A DNA stretch of 64,000 bases from Amoeboaphelidium protococcarum X5 (GCA_023515725.1 JALDTO010000146.1:1036604-1100603); one strand, 5' to 3'. Counted from the first letter of the stretch, positions 1 to 12,450 are shown. Numbers and translations are program-made. The notes: a model not told the origin generated them from the letters alone.

Positions 1-144
1 CAGCAGATGTTATAAGTCGCGCTTATATACGATTTAACTAAGGCATACCTATACTTGGGACTGACTTGCTAATAGTCGCTTCTACATATTCTTAACTCCA
101 CCAGCGGTAGACTTGATTAATCGGCCACTTTTGATCATCATCAT
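1..144 (-). CDS. 5' part of a gene running off the window (possible mitochondrial presequence)
   Basis: ATGs at 144/141/138; frame reads MMMIKSGRLIKSTAGGVKNMQKRLLASQSQVQ... with TAR=Gln and no TGA; basic and nearly acid-free; truncated by the window edge. Confidence 0.35.
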
Positions 145-288
145 TGTTGTTGAGTATTTTAACTTTGTCTCTCGGAACGAAAAAGTTTTGACGATCAAAC
201 GCTGTTAATCGCTACTTGGATAGAAAATACAATTTCAATAACTATAAGAATTTAATCTATTCAATTGATATGTAGTTGATGTTCATAG

Positions 289-1629
289 TCAATTAGGTGC
301 TTGGTAGGATTTAAGCCATTCTTAAGTCTAGTCGCCGTATTGGCTATCAAGCGCTGGTAATAACCAAATTCTGAGTACACCATCTTCAGGATAAGTAAAG
401 CGTTTTCTTTGACATGCATTTAACACCGATTCTCCTGTGGATACTTCAGACCACATTACACGGTCATATTAGGCATCAAGCGGGACATATAAGGATACGG
501 ATTGAGGTTTATATGCACTACTACCTTCGAAATCGAAATCGTCTCTGTCAGCAAGAACCTCTTCAAGAAGATCCACCCACCGCGTCTACTCATCGACACA
601 TTGTAACACGTCAAATCTCGATGGTAAAGGGTACACAATTATTATGGGCAGCATAAGGGAGCATTGATTTAAATCTACTTCACTGCAAACATCTGGTTTA
701 TAATCAAAGCCAGCAGGTAAAGTGAATAGCGCTGTAGATAACGTCTGAGGACCAAGTTCTGTACTGCATAATTACTACCTCAACCATTGCGCATTCTACA
801 GATTGATCTTCTTGCCTCTAAAAGCTTCAAGTATCTGATTTTATTTTTATTAAAGAGCCTCAGACTTTTGCAACTTACTCTACTGCTCAAGAGTATAGCG
901 ATTGTACTACTTATCCGCTTCTTGCATCAACGCAGTAAAATCACGTCGCTGACTCTCATTAACAAGACTTAATGCAAACAGAATACATTGCTTAGACTCT
1001 TCAAATTTCTGCAGAGCTAACGTAGCTTTAGAATATCTATAACACGCTTTAAGAAGACTATTGTCCAGTTGCTGCTTTTCACATATTTATGACGATGTGG
1101 CTGCACTCTATCCAGTCTTGATAACCACACCAGAATCAAGAATACAACTCTTATAATTTTGAAGCTCTAAATGCACAGCCGCTCTATTACTGTAGATCTG
1201 CATGGTCAATAGAATATCCACCTACTTTCTGTTATCATCTCGCTCTAGCAATGCAATACCTTTACCATACTTTTCCAGTGCCACAGTCAAGTATTGGCGA
1301 TATTTTGACGCGTCAACATTCTTCTATTTGAACTCCTTCTTGGCCTCGACGAATATCTCATTTCCGCTCACCTTCCATCTCTCCACCACCTCTTGCACCG
1401 TCTCTCCCTCTATCAAGTCATCGCTCATCAACTGCTGGAATGCTTATAGCTGTGGATTGTCTTTCATATCAGCGGGAGATGTTTTATTGCTCATAAATAG
1501 CGGGATCTGGTCCATCTCCTGTGCCCAGTTATCTTCACTCAGTGGCTACCAATCTGTACCTTTAGTTGCCATCATATGACCCAAGAAATCCATATCATCT
1601 TCTCCCTGATTCTACGCGTTATTCACCAT
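289..1629 (-). CDS. CNS1: TPR Hsp70/Hsp90 co-chaperone Cns1/TTC4
   Basis: 446 aa, ATG 1629 to TGA 289 with TAR=Gln; DQIPLFMS, NPQLQAFQQL, KVSGNEIF, YSNRAAVHLELQNY TPR motifs and C-terminal LPIIIVYP wheel-domain-like segment. Confidence 0.85.
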
Positions 1630-1786
1630 CTTAAATTGATCAAAGTTGAGAATTTTTTGAATAAATGGCAGTTTATGACCGGCGATTTCTTAATCAATCT
1701 TGCGCGTTTTTTTTTGTACTTGACAGTTTTGATAGGCAGAGAAAAGTCTTGGCCTATCAAACTTTCCTTCTTTAAAAAAAGGAAAA

Positions 1787-2329
1787 ATGGAAAAATCAAC
1801 GCCCTCGCCCACAACAAGTGAAAGCAGCACTTACTCCATCCATGACCCACCTGGGTACATCAAGCCTTCTTTGCAAGACATGCTCCTCACCGACATTACT
1901 GCTGAAGAGTTGTTGAAAATTGCGGAACGACTTGGAGTGGACTATTTGGGACCAGCAGCTGAATTTCCTTGTTCATTCCCGAAATCTGGGAAAATTCATG
2001 GAAATAACAAGCGACTTATGGTCTCTCTCTCTTGATGCAGAGAGAGAAAGAACTCAAAGCCTATCAACATCATCTTCCTCATCTACACTGGCTCCCCAAA
2101 CACTTTTCTGTGTGAGAAAGCTATGGAGGCACTAATTGGAAAGCCTGGATGCAATATTGGCTCGACGATGGATGTCATGATTTATTCTGATACTGTTATC
2201 ACTTGCCATTTATCTCCTCATGACAAACATTTTTCGGATGTCAATGTGCTTGGAATGGATTTCTTGTCCGAAAATTAGCTCTCTCTTTCAATGGATTATA
2301 AGCATAAATCCTTTGAGCTGAATTTATGA
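1787..2329 (+). pseudogene. Retropepsin-like (clan AA) aspartic protease homolog, disrupted
   Basis: One frame MEKST...RLMVSLS*CRERK...INIIFLIYTGSPNTFL...DVNVLGMDFL; in-frame TGA at 2033-2035; catalytic DTG reads YTG. Confidence 0.6.
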
Positions 2330-2349
2330 GATGAAAGCGATTTGTCTAG

Positions 2350-2945
2350 TTCCATATGAAAGGACTGTTGCGATTGGCTTTATTGCAACTGAATCTAATC
2401 AAGGTGTCCCGGGTTCTGATGAATAGGGTAATGTTTGATTGTCCAAGTAATTATCTTTATTATCGAGCTTGATGAATTCTTTATTATCAGCATTTATCCT
2501 AGCGTTCGTTGTCAAAACTTATAATGCAACGACAGGTAGAAAGAAGTCTTTACTCACCTTATCGCAAAATCTTTGATTGTAACTAGTATAGACTTTAATG
2601 AGCGTGCTTAAATCCAAGTCCTGTCCTAATTTTCATAGATGACAGAAATTACCGATATCTATGTGCAAAGAAGTTAAATTTAACGCGTCTATTGGTAGCA
2701 TAATATACCTCCTACACTAATCCATGATTTTGCCCAAAATACAAGCGCAAGGTTAGAGGGACAGCTTGTTAGCCCCCTCCCCTTAAAGGTATTAAAGCTA
2801 CTTGAATCGCTCTGATTGAGATGAAACTACCGTGTTTATTTGGACAAGACGAGTTTGTTTGAACAGTTATCTGCTGGCAGAGCATACTAAGCAGACTGAG
2901 TGAGATATATTAAAAGAATTGCCAGAGACATGCTGAAGATTTTTA
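2350..2945 (+). repeat. Diverged copy of 9995-10575 (3' end of the second SWEET gene plus about 500 bp downstream)
   Basis: Colinear shared blocks: ctgatgaatagg..aatgtttgatt, gagcttgatga, gcaacgacaggtagaa, aacgcgtctat.ggtagcat, aagcgcaagg, gatgaaact, ctgctggcag, agactgagtgagat. Confidence 0.8.
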
Positions 2946-3300
2946 ATGCTCAAACGATGAATTTAAGAACGAAAGCTACAAAGGCCAATCGAAAAGTTAA
3001 TCCTATTTTCATTTATAGGCTTGTCGGATTTTGTTAGGTGGGTCACTGAACACAGCAGTGAGGACACCAGAAGATTGGGAAACACAGCCCCGATGGGAAA
3101 CACAGCCCGGATGAGCATACAAGCTCGGAGAGAAGACACAGCTTCCATTACTATTTTATTCACTCATACATTAAAGTCATGTTAATCGGTCACTCTGGGA
3201 AAGAGGCGCGTCTCCTTGATCACTCCTTGATGAACTCAACTCTAATAACCTTCGACACATCCCACTCGTCTAACAGATTTCAGTTAAAGTTGAATACTGT

Positions 3301-4056
3301 ATGATGTAGATGATAAATTGCAGAGTGGTTAAAAGACTGTTTAGATCGAATTGGATATAGGAGAGTACCAGATTTTAGAGATAGAGAGGAGGAGGATGGT
3401 AGTGGCTAAATGGCGTTAATCCAGAGCCCGTGATCTACAGTTTGATCGGCGTCAATCTGCTGGTCTTTCTCGAGTGGTAGCGGCGAGAGTATAATGCTAA
3501 ACGGAATGGTGATTACAGGGGATATAAGTAGATGCTGGATAATTTCACCGTGTCAGGGAGCGGAGTGTTGAAAGAGCATCGATATCATACTCTGCTAACG
3601 TCAATGTTCTCACACAAGGATGTGCTGCATCTTGCCATGAATATGCTGGGTCTTTACAGCTTTGGTCCTTCGCTAGCTTACTCAATCGGACTCAAGAGAT
3701 TCCTCTTATTATATCTAGGTGGAGGATTAGCCTCATCAACCACATCCGCTCTCTATCACTATGGATCTAGTTCTAATAATGCCTGGCCGCAGGAGGTTCG
3801 TTCAATGGGTGCCAGTGGTGGTTTGATGAGCATGTTCACCAATTTCGCTCTCCTCTTTCCTCATTCGTAAGTTTGGGTGTTGGTCTTCCCTGTGCCTTCT
3901 AGAGTGGCTCTAATTGGATTTGCAGTATATGATTTCTTTTTCATGGGTAGTGGCGGTGGTGGTGGTACACGCATTGATCATGTTGGCCATCTGGGCGGGT
4001 TAGCCTTCGGTGCCCTGTCAACAGCTCTGCTATTCAGAGGTCGCATAAGATGGTGA
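3301..4056 (+). CDS. Rhomboid intramembrane serine protease (PARL/Pcp1-like)
   Basis: 251 aa with TAR=Gln; TSMFSHKDVLHLAMNM, GASG catalytic Ser, DHVGHLGG catalytic His; ends TGA. Confidence 0.88.
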
Positions 4057-4124
4057 ATTTGTCAAAGTAATAATGAAATGTAAAATGATCCATAAAAATA
4101 ACTTCATATTATTTAAAAATTAAT

Positions 4125-5990
4125 TCAATTCTTCATGGCAACTATCATTGGAGGGTAGTCATTCTTGCGCATAACATTGTACCCAAACATCATGTTAGCA
4201 TTCTGCAGTATCAGAGGGTATTCAGTGTCTGAAGGTACTGGGCGAACATCTTTATCACTCATCAGTAGAGGATTATACGTTTGATTATTGTAACTTATAA
4301 AGGACGAATCCGATGTAACGCGCGCCAGTAGTCTACACACCATTCTGCGCTAGAAAGCAGGTCTCTAATCTAACAGTTGATCAGGTGCAGACAATACGAA
4401 TCCTACGCAACCTGAAATTCCATCTCGACCAGTCATAGCGGCAGAAAAGTTATTGCACGTCTCCCGGCACTGGCTCATCTGATACACATATCTCAGATCC
4501 AAAATGGCATACAGCTGATCATCATTAAACGATTTGTTGAACATGTATGGATTAACACGCTTCGATGGATACGTGTAAATGAACTCTGTTCTATTCTTGT
4601 ACGTGTATCCATCATTGCCACATTCAAAGTTGGTGTTCTGACACAAATGTCGACACTTTCCAAATGGACCACATGCTTGCTGATAGAAAAACTTCCACTA
4701 CCCATTCCCACACTCTCTATCAATGTATGGCTCACCACCGTGCGGACAGATGGACCAGTAATCTTTTTCCATAGTCAACTTACCGGAACAACGCGTAGGC
4801 ATATAAACAGACCACTCGCACTTGAACTCCATCTCTCCAGCGTCTGGATCCCATTTGATCATCTCCAATTCATTTCGCTTGCGTGGTATGAACACGTCTC
4901 GCAGCAAGGTCCAGAAAGTGTCATTGTTCTACACGGCGAAGAAGATAAAGAAGCCCAGTACAGCGACCAGAGCTACACCAACAAAAATCTATGACGCTGA
5001 TAGAGCAGCTACCCAAGCAGCACTAGCTTAAACTATAGCTCCTACTCCTTGAGAAATCAATGGAGCGAGACTGGTCTTCAGTGCCTGGACAACCTGGACA
5101 GCCAGCCAAGATAACAAACCAGCATTAATCACCTAAAATGATCCAGATATGCCCATTATAGCCTACTGCTTGGTATTACTTCCCTGGTCAATAGGAGTCT
5201 ATCTCTCATTCACGAGAGGAGCGACGACTTTATCAATATTCTTATTCGCTGCGACAATCAAATCTATTGCGGCATTAGATTACTTGTACTGAGTGTCAAA
5301 GCAATCGCCTATACGATAGCACGGAGACCCAATGATACACTTTTGGAAGGCAAAATCATTTTCAATTCCAGACAGTCCAGATGTGCACTTGGTATCTTCT
5401 CTTACAAACATGTTAAATCTGCTGATATTACCATCAGCGACAGGAGAAGTCAGATTCACATTACAGATATCCAGTCTCTATCTGGCTTCGTGGCATATGC
5501 CGGGATAGAGAGTGAAATTATGAGTCAGAGTTTTGGTGACCACCTCCCTAAATTCATTCACCGTGATATTTCCATCCTGATTACCATCAAAAATATTTGT
5601 AGATTGATCTTTATAGTCTTGAACTAGTGCTTTAAACAGAGGATCCATCGACGCGTTTTTGGGCGATTCCAACTGCTCCATGCCAGCCTGCAGCTACTCG
5701 ACAGTGATCACCCCAGATTTATTAGGCGTGATCTTATTGAATGTCTTATTCAATTGCGCGTCCAGCTTATCTTGGTCACTATCAAAAAGAATTGCAAACA
5801 GATTGGTTGACGTGTTGGCATATTACTAGTTGTTAATCGTTATAACGCTCAAGAAGTGATTCTCTTGGGATGGCGTTTAGAAATGCTTAGTCTATGTGGG
5901 CAGAGTCAATGGCAGCAGTGGAGTATCATTTGCCGATATTAATCCACACACAGATATCACAACTACACCAAAAAGTTTTGACGCGTACAT
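4125..5990 (-). CDS. Secreted/membrane protein: signal peptide, EF-hand-like motifs, hydrophobic hairpin, Cys-rich C-terminus
   Basis: 621-aa frame joining four track ORFs once TAR=Gln; MYASKLFGVVVISVCGLISA; FDGNQDGNITVNEF; long Ala/Gly/Val-rich stretch; CGNDGYTYKN and CRETC..GCVGF..CRL motifs. Confidence 0.75.
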
Positions 5991-6565
5991 TACGATTCAA
6001 TACTAAGAATATAGTAATTATGGCAAGAATAGTGAATTGCGATAGATTGTGATAAGTCACACGAACAATGTTAATGTTACCCCTTAAAGATGTCACTGGA
6101 GATGCGAGAGGAGTATTCACTAACACCATATCAGTTTATAATTTTGAGATAATGATAAAAATATAAAGGCTATTAATGAGTTTGAGTCGCTATTCAAATT
6201 CCAAATCGGTGAGCAGTTGTGCAAAGCTGTCTTAAGATTTGACAGATTGAGTGAAAACATAGGTTCTATTTAAGCGAGTAACTTTAACTTGCAGTCGACG
6301 ACAATATTGGTCTTCATAAAAACGATTTACTTTATAGATTCTAAAATTGCATTTTCTCATTACATTCCACCAATAAGCATGAGTTTGCGTACAAACGTCG
6401 TATGACAGCCAGGATGGAACTATACGCGCCGTTTAGAAATGACACACTCGACTGTTTAAACACGCGGTCCAATTTGTGTCAACTCGAAAGCTTTCATAAT
6501 CCACCTGTCATTGTGGCTTTCTAGATTGTCAACTTCCCTTTTCTTTTCTAAATAAGCACTCAGTA

Positions 6566-7537
6566 ATGGATTTAGAAAAGTCAACAGAAAAGCTGGTCAG
6601 TACTCACGCAGGTGATGGCGATGAGTTTCAACCTATACAGCCGTTATCTTGGAAAGACTTTAAAATACGAGCCTCGAACATTCACTATGTATTTGGCACT
6701 CCGGATGGTGATGGTGGCAACCTGCATATTCAAGTGGGTTCATTTTTGTTATTTTACGCTGCTATTTAGCATTTCTGCGACTTGGATGCTTTGTGGAGTA
6801 TCATTGCGGGCAAGTACTTTGATAACTCCTATGATCAGTTCTTACTAGTGGTAGTTGGTGGATTCTCGGTAACATCTTTGGCGTACTGGGTGGCAGCTGC
6901 TGTGTATACATTGCTGGAATTCTGGCCTGGCGCGTCGCAGTTCAAGTTGTAACCTGAATGCAAGACTTCATGGTAGGATATAAAATCCGCTGCTTTAAAT
7001 GTTTTACGCAATCAGTTGGTGGTAAATCTGCCACTTACTGTTTCATATTGGCTTGTAATGACTCGCGTCGACTGGTCATTACTATAGCCGTTTCCGACCG
7101 TATGGCGCTTAATTCTGGACATTTTTGTGATTGCCGCAGTTGATGAAGTACTATTATACTTCTTCCATCGCCTGTGTCATACATAGACATTTTGGCGTTT
7201 CCATAAGATTCATCATCAGTTCAAGTCTCCAACGGGAGTAGCTGCTGTTTCAGCCCATCCAGTTGAACATTTACTGGTGAATACTCTTCCAATGCTGGTC
7301 GGCCCAATGATAATGCGTAGTCACTTTGCTTTAGTGATTATATGGATTTGTGCTGCTCAAATCGCTGCCATACACGCTCACTGTGGCCACAAGTATCCTT
7401 CGATGAATACTCCCGCTTTACACGACATGCACCATCGCGTTGGTTACTGCAACTATGGCCCTTTCGGAGTTCTGGACAGACTATTTGGAACTTACAAACA
7501 GCCTCCACCGTTATCTGAATTGAATAATGTCAAGTGA
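6566..7537 (+). CDS. Fatty acid hydroxylase / sterol desaturase family protein
   Basis: 323 aa; His boxes YFFHRLCH, FHKIHH, HPVEH, HAHCGH, HDMHH..NYG. Confidence 0.9.
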
Positions 7538-7567
7538 TTTTCTGAATTGAATAATGTCAAGTGATTT
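7514..7567 (+). repeat. Perfect 27-bp tandem duplication spanning the desaturase stop codon
   Basis: tctgaattgaataatgtcaagtgattt twice (7514-7540, 7541-7567). Confidence 0.9.
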
Positions 7568-8034
7568 ATATTTAATAGCGTTTTCTTGGTACGTTTCTTA
7601 ATCATTCAAGTATTTGGATGTTATCGATAATGTCGGGCGAGTTTTGTAACGATTGAAAACCTTGTTTTCAATGACAATATTAATAAAAAGCGGTGAACTT
7701 TTTTGGTACACATCGTACACTCGGTAATGTAAAGTGCGTTATTGAAATATCATAATTCAGCTTCAGGAGGACACTACTGCAAACACCCGTCCGAGAGTAC
7801 TTGATACGCAAATATCACGATGAATAATCAAATCAAATCGCGATCTTGAATTATGACAAAAAAATTGCGAAAATTTTCAAACTGCTTTGCAATTTTTGTG
7901 GCCGTCATCGGATCGATCGATTGAATTCGTAAATACTTGCTCCACTTACAGTAGATAAGTGATATCCCGCCGCAAATAGCCGTAAGCCTCTATTTGCTCC
8001 TCTTCTTTAGCAAACTCCGCGTATATCGATAAGA

Positions 8035-8952
8035 ATGAAGTGCGAGTCTCAGGCGTGTGTAATAGTCTTGACGTATGTATTTCCTGCTCTGGGTGTGATA
8101 ACTGGAACTTTGGTCAATCTCTCAGCGCTGCCTTCGATATTGAAGATTCATAGATTTATGACTCGCCAGTTCAAGTCGGCGGTGTTGTTGAACGATATCG
8201 ATGCTGACAAGAGACCGGTGATGATAAATCCTCTACCATATGCCTTCCAACTTCCGAATGCTCTGGCTTGGGTCTTTTACTCGTTTGTTGTCAAGGATTA
8301 CTTTATCGCTGCCGTGAATTTCTTGGGATGTATACTCCCCGTCTACTATCTAGTGATGCTTCAAGTTTATGGATCGTATTTGATAGTCGCCTAGAAGAGA
8401 AGTGCTAATTCTCTTGGTATGTCCAAAATGTAATCTATCAGCGAAGATGCTTTGAGTCCGCGCGGCTCTACCCAAGTTATGATGGAAGATGACCAGTAGT
8501 AGTCGCAGGCGACCGCTGTTGATGTCAAATTGGTGTCTAGTTAACTGGCGTAGAGTTTATTAGTCACCACCGTGACTTTTGGTATCAATCTAATCTTGGC
8601 TATCATTGTGTTTATTCCCCTAACTCCAAGAGAAAATGCTGAGCAGTATTTTGCCGCCAGAAAGATGATATTCGGAGTGGCGTCTCTGATTTTTCTAACC
8701 TTCTTGTACGTGGCCCCGCTGTCTGTTTTGTATAGAATTCTCAAGTTGAGATTCGAGTCCAAGGTGCGCGAACTCATCTACATTCCACTTGCGATTGCCA
8801 TGATTATGAATGGCTCCTTATGGTCTGTTTACGGTTTTGTTCTCAATGACTATTTCATCTGGTTCCCGAATGTTGTCGCTGTTGTAGTTGGAGTTTTGCA
8901 AGTTATATTGGTGTCCATTTTTGGAAAGGCTCCGCCAGTACACGAGCTTTGA
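8035..8952 (+). CDS. SWEET (MtN3/saliva) sugar transporter 1
   Basis: 305 aa; INPLPY...NALAWVFYS and YVAPL...NGSLWSVYG...IWFPN MtN3 repeats; ends TGA. Confidence 0.9.
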
Positions 8953-9137
8953 TACTTTGTAAATAGCGATATAGTCTTGCTTTACACACGCGCTTGTAAT
9001 TTTTATGACGAATTTCAGATCCCAGATCGCGCTCCTCTTCCTTCTTAGCCATTTTTCGCCTTTTGGTTTGAAATAATTTTCATAATTTTTGGCTCCCACG
9101 ATATAAATTTTCCCGCCAGCTATCAATTGTATTCAAA

Positions 9138-10076
9138 ATGCTTGTGGAGTGTGCATCTTAAGAGTGTTTTATTGTGCTGAGGTATGTGATTCCGTCGCTG
9201 GGCTCAGTGACCAGTGCTCTGGTGTATTTAGCGGCGATGCCTGTCGTTGTGTAAATGATTCGGTATTTGCTGGCGTACAGAAATACGGCTGGCCGTATGT
9301 TGGTGCGTCCGAAAATGATTAATCCTCTCCCTTATTCCCTTTAGCTTGGTAATGGTCTCGGTATTACTTTTTATAGTGTAGAGAAGCAGGACCTGTTTCT
9401 GTCCTGGGTCGGCTTTATGGGTATTTGTACTGGTATTTTCTACGTGATTGGCTTGGTTGCGTATGGATTCTTTATTTATAACGATGATCTTAGCGATGGA
9501 GTGGCGCCATAAGATGAAGACATTCCACTACAGGCTACCAATGGCTTAGATGCGTCAGATGACTAAAATGCGGATGCTGATGAATAGAGACAGTATCGCT
9601 CATTGTCCTCGTAGAATTAGATTAAAACAGCGGCTGAACCACGCTACGATCCGTAGCTCATGATGAAATAATTAAAAGCCGCCGTGGCTCTGGCCGTCTT
9701 TGGTCCTGCCATCGCTCTAGTGGCATAGCTCGTGGCTTTAAATGCCTTCCGAGACCCGAAATATGATCAGGGTAGAGCCACGTTCATGGGATCGATTAGT
9801 GTCTCTTTCTACACCATAATGTTGGCCAGTCCTCTTACGGTGATTAGGCGTGTCATTAAAAACCCAGAGCAGACTTCAAAATTGATTTACGGCCCTCTTG
9901 CATTCACGTACTTCATCAATGGCTCTTTTTGGGCGATTTATGGTCTGGTCATCGCCGATTATTTCATTTTACTACCCAACCTGTTTTCTGCTCTGAATGG
10001 ATTGGTTCAATTGGCTCTCCTTTACTTGAATAGAAACAAGGTGGTCCCAGTCTCTGATGAATAGGAGAATGTTTGA
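9138..10076 (+). CDS. SWEET (MtN3/saliva) sugar transporter 2
   Basis: 312 aa; INPLPYS, MLASPL...NGSFWAIYG...ILLPN; tandem paralog of 8035-8952. Confidence 0.9.
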
Positions 10077-10986
10077 TTATCTGAGCAATTATCTTCATTA
10101 TAGAGCTTGATGATTTCTACATTCTATTACGTTTTTTCTCTTTGTTATACATGCTTAGCTTATATTGCAACGACAGGTAGAAGTCTTTACTCATCTTGGA
10201 AATGATTAATGACACCTAGATTTGATTGATATGCGCATGCGCAGTAAGATTAAAGTGTTAACGTCATTTTCATAGTCAATAGACATTACCGATTTCTGTC
10301 TAAAGAATTTATGTTAAACGCGTCTATGGGTAGCATTCTGTACTTCCATCACTAATAAATGATCTAGCCAAAGTAAAAGCGCAAGGCGGGAGGGACAGCC
10401 CATTAGTTGACTCCGCGTAACGCCAACGAAATTTCTATCCCATCGATCGGGATGAAACTGCCATGTAAGTTGGATAATGAGCCGTTCTTTAAAACAGTGG
10501 CTGCTGGCAGGGAATTCAAAGTAGACTGAGTGAGATGTACCTCAAAAGATTTGGCAAGATATGCTCAAGATTAAAGACTCAAGCAAAGGCCTGGACGCCA
10601 AAAAGGCTGATTTTTTAAGCTGCATTCAGAAAGACTGCCGGCGGTGCTATATTAACGGACGTCAAATCGGTATGCACCGCGTCTACCCAGAACTATGCAA
10701 CTTTTGATTGAAGATGATGTAACAACTGTATTACTTGTGGATATCCGATGATATATGAATTAAATTGAAACGGCGATAATATTTGAGGCATCTTCTTTTA
10801 AACTCCAAGATGTCACTGATAAGCGACTAATTGGACCACGCGGTTATATTTAAGCAATGCTGCGCCACATTGGTTTTCAGCCGGTGATATGCTAAGCGAT
10901 CCTTAAAAATTTATTGTAATAGGTCATTGTTTCCGTCTTTTTTTTTATATCATTATTTTAGATAGTATCAGAAAATAAAGTTTGAT

Positions 10987-12450
10987 ATGTCTTCTGAAGA
11001 TTTTGACTCTGATATCCGTGGTAGAACCGTGGGCAGTAGCGAGTAAGTAAGACGCTGTATCGTGGCTGGTGGCGGTCCGTGTGGTCTCCTTACAGCTATC
11101 AATTTGCTGAAAGATGGCTGGAATGTTACATTGCTGGAGAAGGGGGATGAGTTGACTGAGGCCACTCGAGCTAAAAGTTGGATGATTAGTATTGCTTCTA
11201 TTGGGCAGCAGGCGTTATCCGAGATTGATGGCCTCTGGGACCAAGTCAAGGTCGCCGTGTAAGAGTCCAAGTAGCTCAATATGCATTTTGGCAAGATAAA
11301 GTTCGAAATCAAGTCTGAGAGCGCCCTGGTTGATAGAAATAACTTGGTGATAAAGCTATTGGATTTTCTGAAAGCGATGCCTGAGGCCACAGAGAGACTT
11401 ACGTTGAGATTTAATTGCAAAGTGGCGTTCGTAGATGGTCGTGAGAGAACTGTGTGGACTAAGGTGAGAGATGAGCCTTTGTAGCCGCTGACTTATGATC
11501 TCCTGGTGGGAGCAGATGGCACATACTCTATGGTTCGCAACTCTTTATTTTCTCAGAGTCCACAGTATCACTTTTCGCAGAGTGATATCCTGCAGAGCAT
11601 AAAGACCATCTTTATCAAGTGTCCGAAGGGCATAAATCCGTCAGCAATGACCTTCTTCCCTAATGTGGTTAAGGGCTGTAACGCCATGATGTTGCCTTCT
11701 GATGGCGAGTATTTGAACTTTATTATTGGCTCATCGGATGAAAATATTCTGGATTAGAGATTTGTCACGTCTGATCCTTTGTAACTGCAGAAATTGTTGA
11801 ATAATGCATCTGCCAAATTGAATCTATCTTTGGAAGATTGCGAGAATCTATTGAAAGCCACATGGTATCAGACTCAACAGCTCACCTGCTATCCGTATCA
11901 CTTGGGCTAAAAGTATGGTAGTGCTGTCCTAGTTGGTGACGCTGCTCATGCGACCAGTCCTGGCATGGGTATGGGATTGAACACTGCTTTGGTTGATGCA
12001 AGCGTGTTATCTCATTGTCTACGCGATAACAACGGTGAGGACATTGACGCTGCGTTGGAGGCGTATGCTGCTAAACGCATCAAGGTTGGACACGCGTTAA
12101 CTTACCTATCCTTCAATATGATGCCATTATCTGCAAGTCGTATGGCGTGGACCCAGACCAAGAATTCTTTGAGAAGATTGGCTAAAAATTTAACCGGCGG
12201 GTGGGTTGATGGTCCCGTTGCTGAAGAGGTTGCATAATAAGGCTGGTATATGGATGAGGCGTTTAGTCGCGCAATGAAACAAGGAGGTATAAAGTAGAAT
12301 GCTGCAAGTAACCAGGGCATCATGCAGAAGCACATGTGGCGCAAGATTGGTCTAATTCCACACTCGGAAAAGAGTCTCAAGGCTGCAGAGTAGAGATCTC
12401 TGCTATTATCCCAGGATATCCACGACTTGAGTGGAAAGACCAAGAAGTGA
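10987..12450 (+). CDS. FAD-dependent monooxygenase (kynurenine 3-monooxygenase-like)
   Basis: 487 aa; VAGGGPCGL, DLLVGADGTYSMVR, LVGDAAHATSPGMGMGLNTALVDA. Confidence 0.88.

Noticed and set aside
414-1579. Track ORFs on the + strand (414-656, 787-972, 1202-1579) and similar short ORFs elsewhere
   Set aside because: Antisense or off-frame shadows of real code-6 genes (here Cns1)
2033-2038. TGA-TGC as a selenocysteine (UC) motif
   Set aside because: No SECIS recognised, not a redox family, and a second inactivating change in the same ORF favours a pseudogene
3073-3140. Short direct repeat gggaaacacagccc (two copies plus degenerate ones) as a CRISPR-like array
   Set aside because: Only two good 18-bp-period units, no spacers, eukaryotic context; simple tandem duplication
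5926-6129. 67-aa minus-strand ORF as the start of the EF-hand gene
   Set aside because: Different frame ending in TGA; the long ORF has its own ATG and signal peptide at 5990
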